This document shows, piece after piece, positions 5,628-14,740 of a DNA stretch of 32,000 nucleotides. Each line of letters opens with the position of its first letter. Within the stretch, counting starts at the first letter, position 1. The DNA comes from Candidatus Saccharimonas sp. (GTDB lineage Bacteria > Patescibacteriota > Saccharimonadia > Saccharimonadales > Saccharimonadaceae), in assembly GCA_015256915.3 (NCBI GenBank), contig CP076101.2, forward strand, positions 510,001-542,000, in the 5' to 3' direction. Under the pieces are notes generated by a model. It saw only the letters and a list, made by a program, of their open reading frames with translations, was not told where the DNA came from and did no database searches. The position numbers were made by a program, and so were the translations under genes.

Positions 5628-7997
5628 TTACCGAACTATCTCTGGAGTAATTTCAATGTTCGAACCAGCTTGAGCTTCGCCGGAAAGCATTTTTCGTGCG
5701 ATAGTGTTTTCCACAACTCGCTGAATAACTCTTCTCATTGGTCGAGCGCCAAGTTTTGGATCATAACCCAGATTTGCAAGCAATATTTTAGCTTCTGGCG
5801 TAACAGAAACTGTAATTTTTTGACCAGCAAGAGTTTTATTTACTCCAGCAATCATCAAATCAATAATTTGCATCAGATTTTCTTTTGTAAGTGGTTCGAA
5901 AACGACAATTTCATCAAAACGGTTGAGAAATTCAGGGCGAAATTCACGACTTGCAATTAAGTCATTTACAATAATTTCTTCAGCGCTTGTCGAATCATAA
6001 CCACGAGAAATCAACTCTTGAATTCGCTCAGAGCCAGCATTTGATGTTGCAATAATAATCGCATCTCGAAATGAAACCTCACGGTTTTTTTCATCCCTCA
6101 AAATACCTTCATCTAAAACCTGCAAAAGAGCAGTTAGAACATTTGGGTGAGCTTTTTCAATTTCATCTAAAAGAACAACCGAGAAAGGCTTTTTCATCAT
6201 TTGAGCAGTTAGAGAACTCGCATCACGCGCACCATCTGCAATCAATCTTGAGACATCTTCAAGATTTACAAACTCATTTAGATCAAGACGAACAATATTA
6301 TTTTCACCATTAAAATAAACTTCTGAAAGTGCCTTTGAAAGCTCTGTTTTACCAACTCCAGTTGGGCCAAGAAATAGAAATGTTCCAATCGGTCTGTTTT
6401 GGTTTCGAACACCAGTTCTCGCACGGCGCAAAGCATTTGCCACAGCCGAGACTGCTTTTTCCTGGCCAACCATTCTGGCGTGTAATAAATCTTCAAGGTT
6501 CAATAAAGTTTCTTTCTCTTCATTAACATTTGCAGTGGCGATTTTTACATTCATTGTTTGCTCAATCGCTTTTTCAACTGAGCTCGCCGTTACAATTTTA
6601 TTATCGGCAAACCCTGCCGCCATCTCTAACAAGCGCACCGCCCGCCCTGGCATTTCTAAATCAAATACATATCTTTCGCTTAGTTTAAAAGCTTCTTTAA
6701 GTGCTTGAAACTGATAAAACACACCATTTTGATGTTCGAAAATCAACAACTTGTCTTGCATAACTGCCAGTGTTTCATCATAATTAGCTGGTTTAACTTG
6801 CAACCTATTCATTGCCTGAGCAAGTGCTGGGTTCTTTGCTGAAATTTGCAAAAATCTCTGTTCATCAAGAGTTAAGATTAACCTTAAAGCACCAGCCTGA
6901 ATGATAGGAAGAAGTAAATTCGAAACATCAACCGAACCAACACCATCTTCAAAAAATAGCTGAGCATTATCAAGACAAATAATTATATTTTTAGCAGCAT
7001 AAGCTTCATTCAAAACATAATTCAGCAAATTTTCTATTTCACCTCGCCCCGGTGCTGCCGCAATCAAAGATGCAGCATCAAGAGAAACAACCTGTCTAAA
7101 TTTTAAATTTGAAGGGATCTTCTCACTACCATTTGCAATTTTTGCAGCGAAAGAATTTACAACAGTAGTTTTACCAGCACCATCAGCACCAATCAAGGCA
7201 ATATTCTGCTTTCCATTGCTACTGAACTGTTCAATCATTTTCAAAACTAAATCTTTATGTTGCTCTAAATTTGAAGACATTAAAATATTGTTCGAAACCT
7301 GATTTGTAATATTCACTCCAAAACGATTCAAGGTTGGAGTATAGCCAAACGACCAATCGCGGGCGATTCCACCAGTTTTCATTGGAATTTTAGATTGACT
7401 TATTAGTGAAAAAATATGATCATGCCACAAAACACCACGTTCTAAATCTTCAAAGTCAAGATAAAACTGCGCAAGAAGCGTTTCATAATTCGGAAAATTT
7501 CGAATTATTGCAAGAGTTAGAACCGAACCAGAAACGGTTTTAGTTTTTAACTTTTGCTGAATTTGTAGTGCAGTTTGAAAAATATTTTCAGGTGAATTTT
7601 GCGGAATCTGAACCAAACTTTCAATCGTAGTTTTTCCAAGTCCAAAACGTGAGACAATAAACTTTCCGCCGGAACTTTCTAAAACTACTTTTGCTATCTG
7701 CTCGCTTGTTGGATTTTTCGAAAGTTTTCCTAAAATATTACTAGCTAACCGTCCTTCAATATTTAAATCTTTTGTTGGCTCCAGCCTATGAAGTTCTCCA
7801 TTCCACCAATGAACTAAAATTGTGATTATTGATGAAAATGCTAAAATTAACCAGCCAAGATTCGAATCCATTAACATTAAACAAAATCCACTCAAAATTC
7901 CAACAATTTTTAGAATCTTAAGTAGGAACAAAAACCCCCTAAGCCCGTTCATTAAACGGGATTTTTTTGCGCGCAAATTATTGTAATCAAAAATCAT
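5628..7997 (-). CDS. Membrane-anchored two-ring AAA+ ATPase of the Clp/Hsp100 family (ClpA/ClpB-like), with a degenerate NBD1, no canonical pore-loop tyrosines, no M-domain and no ClpP-docking loop
   Basis: The track start at 8006 is TTG. I prefer ATG 7997, which has GGAG at 8010-8007 and an ATGA overlap with the upstream stop. The N-terminus has 2 hydrophobic helices (GFLFLLKILKIVGILSGFCLMLM, LGWLILAFSSIITILVHWW). NBD1 has Walker A GADGAGKT and Walker B IIICLDNAQ. NBD2 has GPTGVGKT, VVLLDEIEKAH, ATSNAG, RPEFLNRFDE and GARPMRR. Confidence 0.85.
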   Translation of the reverse strand: MIFDYNNLRAKKSRLMNGLRGFLFLLKILKIVGILSGFCLMLMDSNLGWLILAFSSIITILVHWWNGELHRLEPTKDLNIEGRLASNILGKLSKNPTSEQIAKVVLESSGGKFIVSRFGLGKTTIESLVQIPQNSPENIFQTALQIQQKLKTKTVSGSVLTLAIIRNFPNYETLLAQFYLDFEDLERGVLWHDHIFSLISQSKIPMKTGGIARDWSFGYTPTLNRFGVNITNQVSNNILMSSNLEQHKDLVLKMIEQFSSNGKQNIALIGADGAGKTTVVNSFAAKIANGSEKIPSNLKFRQVVSLDAASLIAAAPGRGEIENLLNYVLNEAYAAKNIIICLDNAQLFFEDGVGSVDVSNLLLPIIQAGALRLILTLDEQRFLQISAKNPALAQAMNRLQVKPANYDETLAVMQDKLLIFEHQNGVFYQFQALKEAFKLSERYVFDLEMPGRAVRLLEMAAGFADNKIVTASSVEKAIEQTMNVKIATANVNEEKETLLNLEDLLHARMVGQEKAVSAVANALRRARTGVRNQNRPIGTFLFLGPTGVGKTELSKALSEVYFNGENNIVRLDLNEFVNLEDVSRLIADGARDASSLTAQMMKKPFSVVLLDEIEKAHPNVLTALLQVLDEGILRDEKNREVSFRDAIIIATSNAGSERIQELISRGYDSTSAEEIIVNDLIASREFRPEFLNRFDEIVVFEPLTKENLMQIIDLMIAGVNKTLAGQKITVSVTPEAKILLANLGYDPKLGARPMRRVIQRVVENTIARKMLSGEAQAGSNIEITPEIVR

Positions 7998-8467
7998 AAG
8001 AACCAACTCCTTTTTGTTTTATTTGGTTTAACTTCTTTTAACGGAGCATTTTTTTGCAAATTTTTAAAATCGTCCTTAATTTTTGGAATAATTTTTGGTG
8101 TCCAACCAGTTGTAAAAATTACAGCAAGGATAATTGGTAAAACTGGTGAAATCAACCATAAAATTAACATTATTAGACCCCAAATTGCTTTAAAGCTAAT
8201 AAAAAATACACCAATTATCATTATTATTGTTCGCAAAAAAGCACCAATGAACCGAGAAAAAAGCTTGTCAAAAAACTTCTTGATTCGAACTTCAACTGAA
8301 GCGTTCGAAACACCTAAAGCATCAATTTGCCGAAAAGGTGCAAACCAAGTTTTTATTAAAAGACCAAGCGAAAAAGTATCAATCGAGCGTTCGATTCCAT
8401 CTAAAATCTTCTCAGCACGCCAAGCCAGCCCTTTCCCATACCACCAAGTTAAAAAAGACATAAACAT
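7994..8467 (-). CDS. Polytopic small membrane protein (157 aa from ATG 8467), translationally coupled to the Clp-like ATPase
   Basis: Hydrophobic segments are MFMSFLTWWYG, IGAFLRTIIMIIGVFFISF and AIWGLIMLILWLISPVLPIILAVIFTTGW. The stop TGA (7996-7994) overlaps the downstream ATG (7997-7995). The track start at 8482 is GTG and lies inside the promoter -10, so ATG 8467 is preferred. Confidence 0.65.
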   Translation of the reverse strand: MFMSFLTWWYGKGLAWRAEKILDGIERSIDTFSLGLLIKTWFAPFRQIDALGVSNASVEVRIKKFFDKLFSRFIGAFLRTIIMIIGVFFISFKAIWGLIMLILWLISPVLPIILAVIFTTGWTPKIIPKIKDDFKNLQKNAPLKEVKPNKTKRSWFL

Positions 8468-8473
8468 AATTAA

Positions 8474-8502
8474 ATTATACACAAATCTGCAAATTTTTAC
8501 AA
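8474..8502 (-). promoter_or_regulatory. Sigma-70 promoter for the membrane-protein / Clp-like operon (leaderless geometry)
   Basis: The minus strand reads TTGTAA (8502-8497), a 17-nt spacer, TATAAT (8479-8474), then 6 nt (ttaatt) and ATG 8467. Confidence 0.6.
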
Positions 8503-8608
8503 GCTCGCACCAACCGAACTCGCCAAAAAAACAAAGCAGGATTAATTCTTCAAAAAACTCTATAAACTTTCATATACATATTTTCCCTACCACTTTTTTT
8601 ATATTATA

Positions 8609-8617
8609 TGTTATAAT
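8609..8617 (+). promoter_or_regulatory. Extended -10 TGTTATAAT for the 235-aa gene
   Basis: TGTTATAAT at 8609-8617. The ~30-nt leader contains SD AGGAGG (8636-8641), 8 nt before ATG 8650. Confidence 0.55.
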
Positions 8618-8649
8618 TATATTATCAAGTCCAATAGGAGGAACCTTTC

Positions 8650-9357
8650 ATGACTAAAAACAACATATCCTTAAGCGATATTAAAGACATCTCCAAGTCG
8701 CTATACAGCGAATGTATAGAACATGGGCATAAAATAAAATACCCATTTGGAGAGTTTCAGCTACATCCAATCACCGATCTCACAATCGCCATTTATAGCC
8801 GTGGTGAATTCACGAAAAACGTAGGAGAAATAGACCCCTTTAGTTTTGTTGGCAAGAATTTTCAGCCGATATCTGAAGGAGTTAATATGTGCTGCAATAC
8901 CCTAGAGATCGAGAGAGTTATCTTTAAAGGTATTGCCATACTGCTAGAAAATGGCGCAGTATTAATTCTGAACAAACAAGATCGTACTGTGCAACAAATA
9001 ATCTCAGTGAATGAGATTTCAGAGATCTTGAATAATCGCTATTCAATGATGGACAAGTCTTTCGACCTTGATCCATGTACTTCAGAAAGATATTACAACC
9101 AAATGCTGGGCTATAAATTTATAGATATCAGTAATGAGGCTCCAGAGATACTAGAACAACTAGAAAAATGGCTGAAAGAAAGACAGCAGATTCTAGATAA
9201 AATTGAAGAACTGGAAGAATGGTTGAATAACTTCAATCAAAAAGTCGAAGATAGTAAAGACATCACTTCACAAGAATTAAACGAATGCGACTCTAAAAAA
9301 TCAGAGCTAGATTCGCTGAAAAATAAGCTGGAAAATATAAATTTCAGACTGACATAA
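8650..9357 (+). CDS. Hypothetical protein (235 aa) with an N-terminal globular domain and a C-terminal acidic coiled coil
   Basis: The unit has a strong SD, its own promoter and its own terminator. The C-terminal ~70 aa (EILEQLEKWLKERQQILDKIEELEEWLNNFNQKVEDS...LDSLKNKLENINFRL) show a heptad-like pattern. I recognise no family motif. Confidence 0.65.
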   Translation: MTKNNISLSDIKDISKSLYSECIEHGHKIKYPFGEFQLHPITDLTIAIYSRGEFTKNVGEIDPFSFVGKNFQPISEGVNMCCNTLEIERVIFKGIAILLENGAVLILNKQDRTVQQIISVNEISEILNNRYSMMDKSFDLDPCTSERYYNQMLGYKFIDISNEAPEILEQLEKWLKERQQILDKIEELEEWLNNFNQKVEDSKDITSQELNECDSKKSELDSLKNKLENINFRLT

Positions 9358-9362
9358 AAATT

Positions 9363-9380
9363 AGCCCTTCGGGGCTTTTT
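9363..9380 (+). terminator. Rho-independent terminator with a UUCG tetraloop
   Basis: AGCCC TTCG GGGCT followed by TTTT. Confidence 0.75.
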
Positions 9381-9417
9381 AAATTGCGCCAAAATTCTGC
9401 CCTTTTCTTGTTTTTTA

Positions 9418-9426
9418 TGCTATAAT
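9418..9426 (+). promoter_or_regulatory. Extended -10 TGCTATAAT for rny
   Basis: TGCTATAAT at 9418-9426. The ~50-nt leader has a weak SD (AAAGGAAAA) before ATG 9482. Confidence 0.5.
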
Positions 9427-9481
9427 TAAATAAGGCATTAGCCGTTGAATTTTTATTTAATTTATTGATGAAAGGAAAAAT

Positions 9482-10987
9482 ATGGAAATAATTATAGCTA
9501 CGCTTGGCGTTTTGTTTGGCGGTGGTAGCGCTTTTGCATATCAAAAAGTAAAAACTGCAAATGCAAAAAATAATTCAGATAAAATTATTGCTGAAGCCCG
9601 AAAAAAATCAGCTGAAATCTTAGAACGTGCAAATGAAAAAGCCTTAAAAATTACTGAAAAGGCTAACGAAGATGAGTCAGAACGCAGAAAAGAAATTCGA
9701 AAAACTGAAAATCGTCTTGCAGAACGAGAAGAATCTCTCGACCGAAAACTTGATCAGATTGATTTACGAACCGAGAAACTTCGAAACAATGAGCTTGAAG
9801 TTGAAAAACTCAAAAATGAGATTAAAGAAATTCGCAAAAAGCAAGATGAAAAACTTGAAAAAATTGCGAAGCTTTCAAAAAAAGAAGCGGCTGAAAAAAT
9901 TATGAAAATTGCCGAAAGAAATATGGCTCAAGATATGGTTAATCTAGTTGCAAAGCTCCAAAAAAATGCAACCGAAGATGCTGAAGAGCGAGCTCAGGCT
10001 ATTTTAGTTTCAGCAATGGAACGAATTTCAAGCGAAGTAACAGCTGAACGAACAGTTACCGCATTAAAACTCCCTGATGATGAAATGAAAGGTCGGATTA
10101 TCGGCAAAGAAGGTCGAAATATTCAAGCACTTCAGCGCGAAACTGGTGTAGATATCTTGGTTGATGATACTCCTGGAATGGTTGTTCTTTCAAGTTTTGA
10201 CCCTGTTCGCCGCCAAGTTGCACGACTTTCGCTCGAGCTTTTAATGAAAGACGGACGAATCAATCCGGCAAGAATCGAAGAAGTTGTTGAAAAAGCTGAG
10301 CGTGAAATAAACAAGGAAATTAATCGTGCTGGTGAAGATGCTGCTCGTGAAGTAGGACTTTCAGGTTTACCACATGAAATGTTGCGACTACTTGGCGAAT
10401 TAAAGTTTCGAACAAGTTATGGCCAGAATGTTTTAAAACATTCAACAGAAATGGCTAATGTTGCAGGCTTAATTGCCGAAGAAATTGGTGCAAATGTTAA
10501 AATTGCAAAAACTGCTGCGCTCTTCCACGACATCGGAAAGGCCGTAACCCATAAGATTGAAGGAAAACACGCTCAAATAGGTGCTGAACTTGCCGAAAAA
10601 TATGGAATGGATCCCCGAGTCGTAAACGCAATTGCAGCACACCATGAAGATGTCGAAGCTACAACAGTTGAGGCAATTATTGTTAAAATTACTGATGCAA
10701 TGAGTGCCTCTCGACCAGGAACTCGAAACGCTTCTGCTGAAAACTTTGTAGAGAGAATGCGCGAGCTTGAAAATGTTGCAACTAGCTTTAAGGGCATAAA
10801 TAAGGCTTATGCTATTTCGGCTGGTAGAGAGATCCGTGTAATAGTTTCACCAGAATCTATCGATGATCTTTCAGCAATAAAAATGGCACGAGATATTGCA
10901 GATAAAATTGAAAGCACAATGCAATATCCAGGCGTAATCAAAGTTAATATAATTCGCGAAACACGCGCAATCGAATATGCAAAATAA
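9482..10987 (+). CDS. rny: Ribonuclease Y
   Basis: N-terminal TM helix (IIIATLGVLFGGGSAFAY), a long K/E-rich coiled coil, a KH domain (GRIIGKEGRNIQALQRETG) and an HD domain (LFHDIGKA ... AAHHED). Confidence 0.93.
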   Translation: MEIIIATLGVLFGGGSAFAYQKVKTANAKNNSDKIIAEARKKSAEILERANEKALKITEKANEDESERRKEIRKTENRLAEREESLDRKLDQIDLRTEKLRNNELEVEKLKNEIKEIRKKQDEKLEKIAKLSKKEAAEKIMKIAERNMAQDMVNLVAKLQKNATEDAEERAQAILVSAMERISSEVTAERTVTALKLPDDEMKGRIIGKEGRNIQALQRETGVDILVDDTPGMVVLSSFDPVRRQVARLSLELLMKDGRINPARIEEVVEKAEREINKEINRAGEDAAREVGLSGLPHEMLRLLGELKFRTSYGQNVLKHSTEMANVAGLIAEEIGANVKIAKTAALFHDIGKAVTHKIEGKHAQIGAELAEKYGMDPRVVNAIAAHHEDVEATTVEAIIVKITDAMSASRPGTRNASAENFVERMRELENVATSFKGINKAYAISAGREIRVIVSPESIDDLSAIKMARDIADKIESTMQYPGVIKVNIIRETRAIEYAK

Positions 10988-11004
10988 TAATTTCAAAATA
11001 TAAT

Positions 11005-11030
11005 AAAATAGCCTTTATAAAGGCTATTTT
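11005..11030. terminator. Bidirectional terminator between rny (+) and the exported-protein operon (-)
   Basis: AAAATAGCCTTTA / TAAAGGCTATTTT is a perfect 13-bp palindrome with A/T runs on both sides. Confidence 0.75.
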
Positions 11031-11033
11031 ATA

Positions 11034-12254
11034 TTACATTTTACAGTTTAATCCACCATTTTTAATTTTAGTTGCTGAGAAATCTTTGCAAATCGGCTCA
11101 TCTCCTTCAGTTTGAGCAGAAAATAAAGGAACTGGGAAATTACTATCATGGAATCCAATTCGACTTTCAATTCTTCTAAATTGACTATTTGCTCGACCAG
11201 TTGAATCAACTTTTGGCTGAATACCTTTAAAATCTACAATATTACCATTATTCATAAGCTCAATTTTAAATTCAGCATTATTCATTAAAGGTGTCAACCG
11301 AGCATACAAAACATCAGTTGGAGAAACATTTCGACCAATATTTATTACCATTTCGCAAGCATAGGTATTTGAGCCAGCCCCAAGATCGTCTGAACATTTC
11401 GTAAAAGTATAGTCATTGGTTGACTGTATAGAATTTTCGTCTCGACGAACAGTTGGCAGATTCGAACTATTAACAACTCGAGAATCTAAGCCTGAAGCAG
11501 GATAAAATAGCATTTCACTCGCACCATTTCCATCATCTGGATAAGGTGTATCCATACTTGTTGATGAATTTCTATTATGTCCAGGAACATAACCATATAA
11601 TTGGGTTTTTAATATGGCTGGTCTATTTTGAGCCTGCCAATCTTTCAAAATATTAGGGCGAGCATTAGGATTATTTATTGAATCTAGCGATATTTTTGAG
11701 CCATTCGCCATATTATTTTTGGTGTGCCACTTAACACGAATCTGGTTAAAACTCGAAACACCTTTTAAGCTAATAACTGAGGGCGTGCCTTCATTACTTT
11801 GACCCAAAAAGTCAGAAGTATCTGTTTTAATTTTAACACAAGTATAGGCCTGGTTTAAATCTCGATCAGTATTTCCTCCACCAGAACTTGTTGTGGTTTG
11901 CACTATAGTTTCACCACCATTAGTGCCAATTCCGGCAGTTGCTAAAACATAACAATTACCAGACAAAATTGCCTTTGTCATTTCACTACAATCATATGTC
12001 TTACCTTCGAAAACTTTCTTACCAACATCTGCGCCACCGCAGGCACCTTTATAAATTCGTAAAAATCTTTTAGCATCTTCAACTCCCGCCTGAGCACTAT
12101 CATAAGCACTCTGCGAAAGATCTAGCCTACTAGCCTGCTCTTGGTCTCGGAGCATAATCCGCAAAAAGCTTGCAGACATAATCGAAACCAAAATACTAAC
12201 CATAATAACAATAAAGATTGAAACACCGCCTTTTTTAAACTCTCTATTTGTCAT
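11034..12254 (-). CDS. PilX_N-type pseudopilin-like exported protein (possible type IV pilus minor or tip-associated component), 406 aa
   Basis: The N-terminus MTNREFKKGGVSIFIVIMVSILVSIMSASFLRIMLRDQEQASRLDLSQSAYDSAQAGVEDAKRFL matches the PilX N-terminal pattern: a short charged leader with Gly, a hydrophobic helix, then an R/Q/A-rich helix. The C-terminal segment 'VDSTGRANSQFRRIESRIG' resembles the usual end of such proteins. There are 7 Cys. Confidence 0.6.
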   Translation of the reverse strand: MTNREFKKGGVSIFIVIMVSILVSIMSASFLRIMLRDQEQASRLDLSQSAYDSAQAGVEDAKRFLRIYKGACGGADVGKKVFEGKTYDCSEMTKAILSGNCYVLATAGIGTNGGETIVQTTTSSGGGNTDRDLNQAYTCVKIKTDTSDFLGQSNEGTPSVISLKGVSSFNQIRVKWHTKNNMANGSKISLDSINNPNARPNILKDWQAQNRPAILKTQLYGYVPGHNRNSSTSMDTPYPDDGNGASEMLFYPASGLDSRVVNSSNLPTVRRDENSIQSTNDYTFTKCSDDLGAGSNTYACEMVINIGRNVSPTDVLYARLTPLMNNAEFKIELMNNGNIVDFKGIQPKVDSTGRANSQFRRIESRIGFHDSNFPVPLFSAQTEGDEPICKDFSATKIKNGGLNCKM

Positions 12255-12256
12255 AT

Positions 12257-14740
12257 TTAATACCTCACTGGAAGTTCTTTAGTATAAGTTGTAACAATTT
12301 TACCAACACCACCAGATTGAGACTGAGCCCACAAGTAGGTATCTGCCGATTGGTTAAAAATTTCAGCAGGATTAGCTAGCGTATCTTTTGCAGTCCCATC
12401 AGAGCCAGCAGTTCGCCATAATCGCAATCCTTTCGAAGCCGTTCCACCACGCACACGCAATTGATTATTACAATTTTTCATATTAACATCATTAGCATTC
12501 TGAGCACCATTAACCGCACAAGTATTTATTACTCCTTGGGCAATCAACCATGCGTCAACTCTTTTTACTCCTTGGTCAATAGTAATATCTCCGTCAGCAA
12601 TAATTATAATCTGACGAAAATCTGAATCATTATTTACGGCCCTATCAGCATTCACGATATCGCCAGAAATCCGAATATTTTTACCATAGATCACTCGAGT
12701 TTGCTTATCAGCCGAAATTGAACCAAGTTGTTTGTTCGCATCGCCATAAACTTCAACTTTTGTATTTGCATCTTCGAAATTCTTTTTTGGAAATTTTGAA
12801 GAAATGTTTGAAATTAATGAATTAATACTCGATTTTCCTTGGCCAAAACTACTTTTTGAAGAATAATCTTCAATTGCCAACTTTCGCGTGCTTTGCGAAG
12901 ATTCAGTTCGAAAATCCTTAATTTTCACACCCGAGAGTGCTTCATATTCAACCCAAGAGCCGAGAACTCCTTGTTTAGTTGTAGATAAACTTGTTCGAAT
13001 ACCCGATTTTGAATAAACGCCATTTCCCCAAAATTGAACTTTAGGTTTCTTAACTAGCTTAATACAGATTGGCGCACTATGCCGCCAGTCTAAATTTTCT
13101 CGTTCTTGCTTGGCTTGTTCAGCCTGACTTTGATTTGAATTCATCTTATATGGCGAGATAGAAAGCGCCACACAATAACGGGTTCCCGCCTCGGCACCAT
13201 CTTCAATTGAAGGTATGAAGTCGGCAACTCGAGTATCTTTATTAAATTTTCCAGCTCCATCTTTAACGACACGACAATTCTCGATTCCTTGATAATCTTG
13301 ATAATAAAAGTTTGAAGGTGAACAGGTATCGCTATTCGTATTATCTCTCTTATTATTTTGAGTTACAAAACTCTCTTTATCTGAAGGAACACGCCAAGTT
13401 GTAATTTTATATCTTATTGATGAAGTTTCAGTTCCGCCTCCCGGAATATTAATTTCTTCACCATCATTAGGGTCGTTTGGCACTTTACCATTAGTAGGAA
13501 CATCTAAATCGCCACCAGAGCAGTTTCGAATTTTATCAATTTTAACACAAGGTGTTATTTCAAAATCATAAGGAACATAGACGCAAGCCTCATTGGTAGT
13601 TTTATTATGCCTATTAACATTATCAATACCCCCCGCAGCAACTCCATATGACATTTTCGAACATATTGTCTTTCCGGCCATATCTCTGGTTACTCTAAAG
13701 ATCTCCCTATCGGTGCTTACTGCATTAATTGTATCCCAAATATTACCTTGATTAATTATTGTAGGCCTACTATCCCACGATTCTTTATTCCATCTAAAAT
13801 TATAATTATTTACCGAATAATCGCCATGTCCATCATTTCTGAAAGTTTGATAATGACCACTGCCGCTAACATTGCTTTTGTTAAAATCTTTACCTGTAAC
13901 TTTGTGCCTAAAAGAAACCCATTGGCCAACTTTAGCAGTTTGAGGATTATAGCGACCATTACTCTTAAATCTTGAATCATCTGAATTAATTCTCTGGCTA
14001 GAATTTAAAACTGCAGCTTTAGTATTTCCTTCAACATTAAACTTAACTGGAGCTTTGATTCTTATGGTAACTTTATGAGGATAGCAATACCCTGGCCATT
14101 GATTGAAAACATCATCATCCCAACCATGATTCCCTTCTTTATATCCATTCCAACACTGCCACACATTAAAATGTATGTAATCTCCGTCCGAAAGTTTATC
14201 TATTTCAGATTCTTTAATAGTTATTTTGGTAGGCGGAGCAATACGACCATATTTTTTAGCTTCCAAATCAAAATTATAATAAGTTCCTTGGGCTCTATCA
14301 CCAAAAGTAACAGAACCATCTGTTTCAAGTTTATTATAGTCCAGTTCTTTCATAATCCTAATATTTGTAGCCGAAGCTAGAGCTCGACTATGGCATGCAA
14401 TTGCGGCAATATTAAGATAGAAACTTCTATTCTCTTTACTTACTTGGAACTCATGTTTTTCATAAACAGAACTGATAAGTTTCTTACCTTCAGGATCAGC
14501 AGATATCCAGTTTCCTGTTAATGATCTAATACCAGGCGGGTATGGGCTAAATTTTTCTTCAGTCCCATCATAGTTCTTTTCTTTAATCCATGTGTTATTC
14601 GAATTGCAAGAATCTATAAGCCTCTTAGCAACATTTTTTGGGATTTCATCAGAAGCAGCATTCGTATTTTTTTGAAAAAATACAGAATTAAATACAAAAG
14701 AAAACAAAACAGCAAAAAATAAAATATTAAGTTTACTCAT
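12257..14740 (-). CDS. Large secreted protein rich in Cys, Asn, Gly and Trp (827 aa); putative surface or adhesin component
   Basis: Signal peptide MSKLNILFFAVLFSFVFNSVFFQKNTNA|AS. No further TM segment is present. Cys residues are numerous and spread along the whole protein. The start abuts the upstream stop (14741) and the stop lies 2 nt from the next ATG. I recognise no catalytic motif. Confidence 0.7.
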   Translation of the reverse strand: MSKLNILFFAVLFSFVFNSVFFQKNTNAASDEIPKNVAKRLIDSCNSNNTWIKEKNYDGTEEKFSPYPPGIRSLTGNWISADPEGKKLISSVYEKHEFQVSKENRSFYLNIAAIACHSRALASATNIRIMKELDYNKLETDGSVTFGDRAQGTYYNFDLEAKKYGRIAPPTKITIKESEIDKLSDGDYIHFNVWQCWNGYKEGNHGWDDDVFNQWPGYCYPHKVTIRIKAPVKFNVEGNTKAAVLNSSQRINSDDSRFKSNGRYNPQTAKVGQWVSFRHKVTGKDFNKSNVSGSGHYQTFRNDGHGDYSVNNYNFRWNKESWDSRPTIINQGNIWDTINAVSTDREIFRVTRDMAGKTICSKMSYGVAAGGIDNVNRHNKTTNEACVYVPYDFEITPCVKIDKIRNCSGGDLDVPTNGKVPNDPNDGEEINIPGGGTETSSIRYKITTWRVPSDKESFVTQNNKRDNTNSDTCSPSNFYYQDYQGIENCRVVKDGAGKFNKDTRVADFIPSIEDGAEAGTRYCVALSISPYKMNSNQSQAEQAKQERENLDWRHSAPICIKLVKKPKVQFWGNGVYSKSGIRTSLSTTKQGVLGSWVEYEALSGVKIKDFRTESSQSTRKLAIEDYSSKSSFGQGKSSINSLISNISSKFPKKNFEDANTKVEVYGDANKQLGSISADKQTRVIYGKNIRISGDIVNADRAVNNDSDFRQIIIIADGDITIDQGVKRVDAWLIAQGVINTCAVNGAQNANDVNMKNCNNQLRVRGGTASKGLRLWRTAGSDGTAKDTLANPAEIFNQSADTYLWAQSQSGGVGKIVTTYTKELPVRY

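Noticed and set aside
5571-5960. 129-aa ORF on the plus strand
   Set aside because: It starts in the tRNA-Lys terminator and runs antisense to the well-supported 3' end of the Clp-like ATPase gene. It has no SD or promoter.
7994-7997. Possibility of an alternative genetic code (UGA recoding, as in some CPR lineages)
   Set aside because: TGA acts as a stop exactly at the ATGA-type stop/start junctions at 7994-7997 and 22046-22049, and at the 8-nt FKBP/trxB overlap (18856-18863). All housekeeping genes are full length under the standard code.
8247-8657. 136-aa ORF on the plus strand
   Set aside because: It runs antisense to the membrane-protein gene and reads through the divergent promoter region. 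It has low-complexity composition and no start signals.
8310-9690. Using the TTCGAA-free stretch as proof of horizontal acquisition of the 235-aa gene
   Set aside because: Gaps of 0.9-1.35 kb without TTCGAA also occur inside glyA/murA, polA, the MIP channel gene and the kinase gene. The statistic is too weak on its own, so I kept it only as a minor remark.
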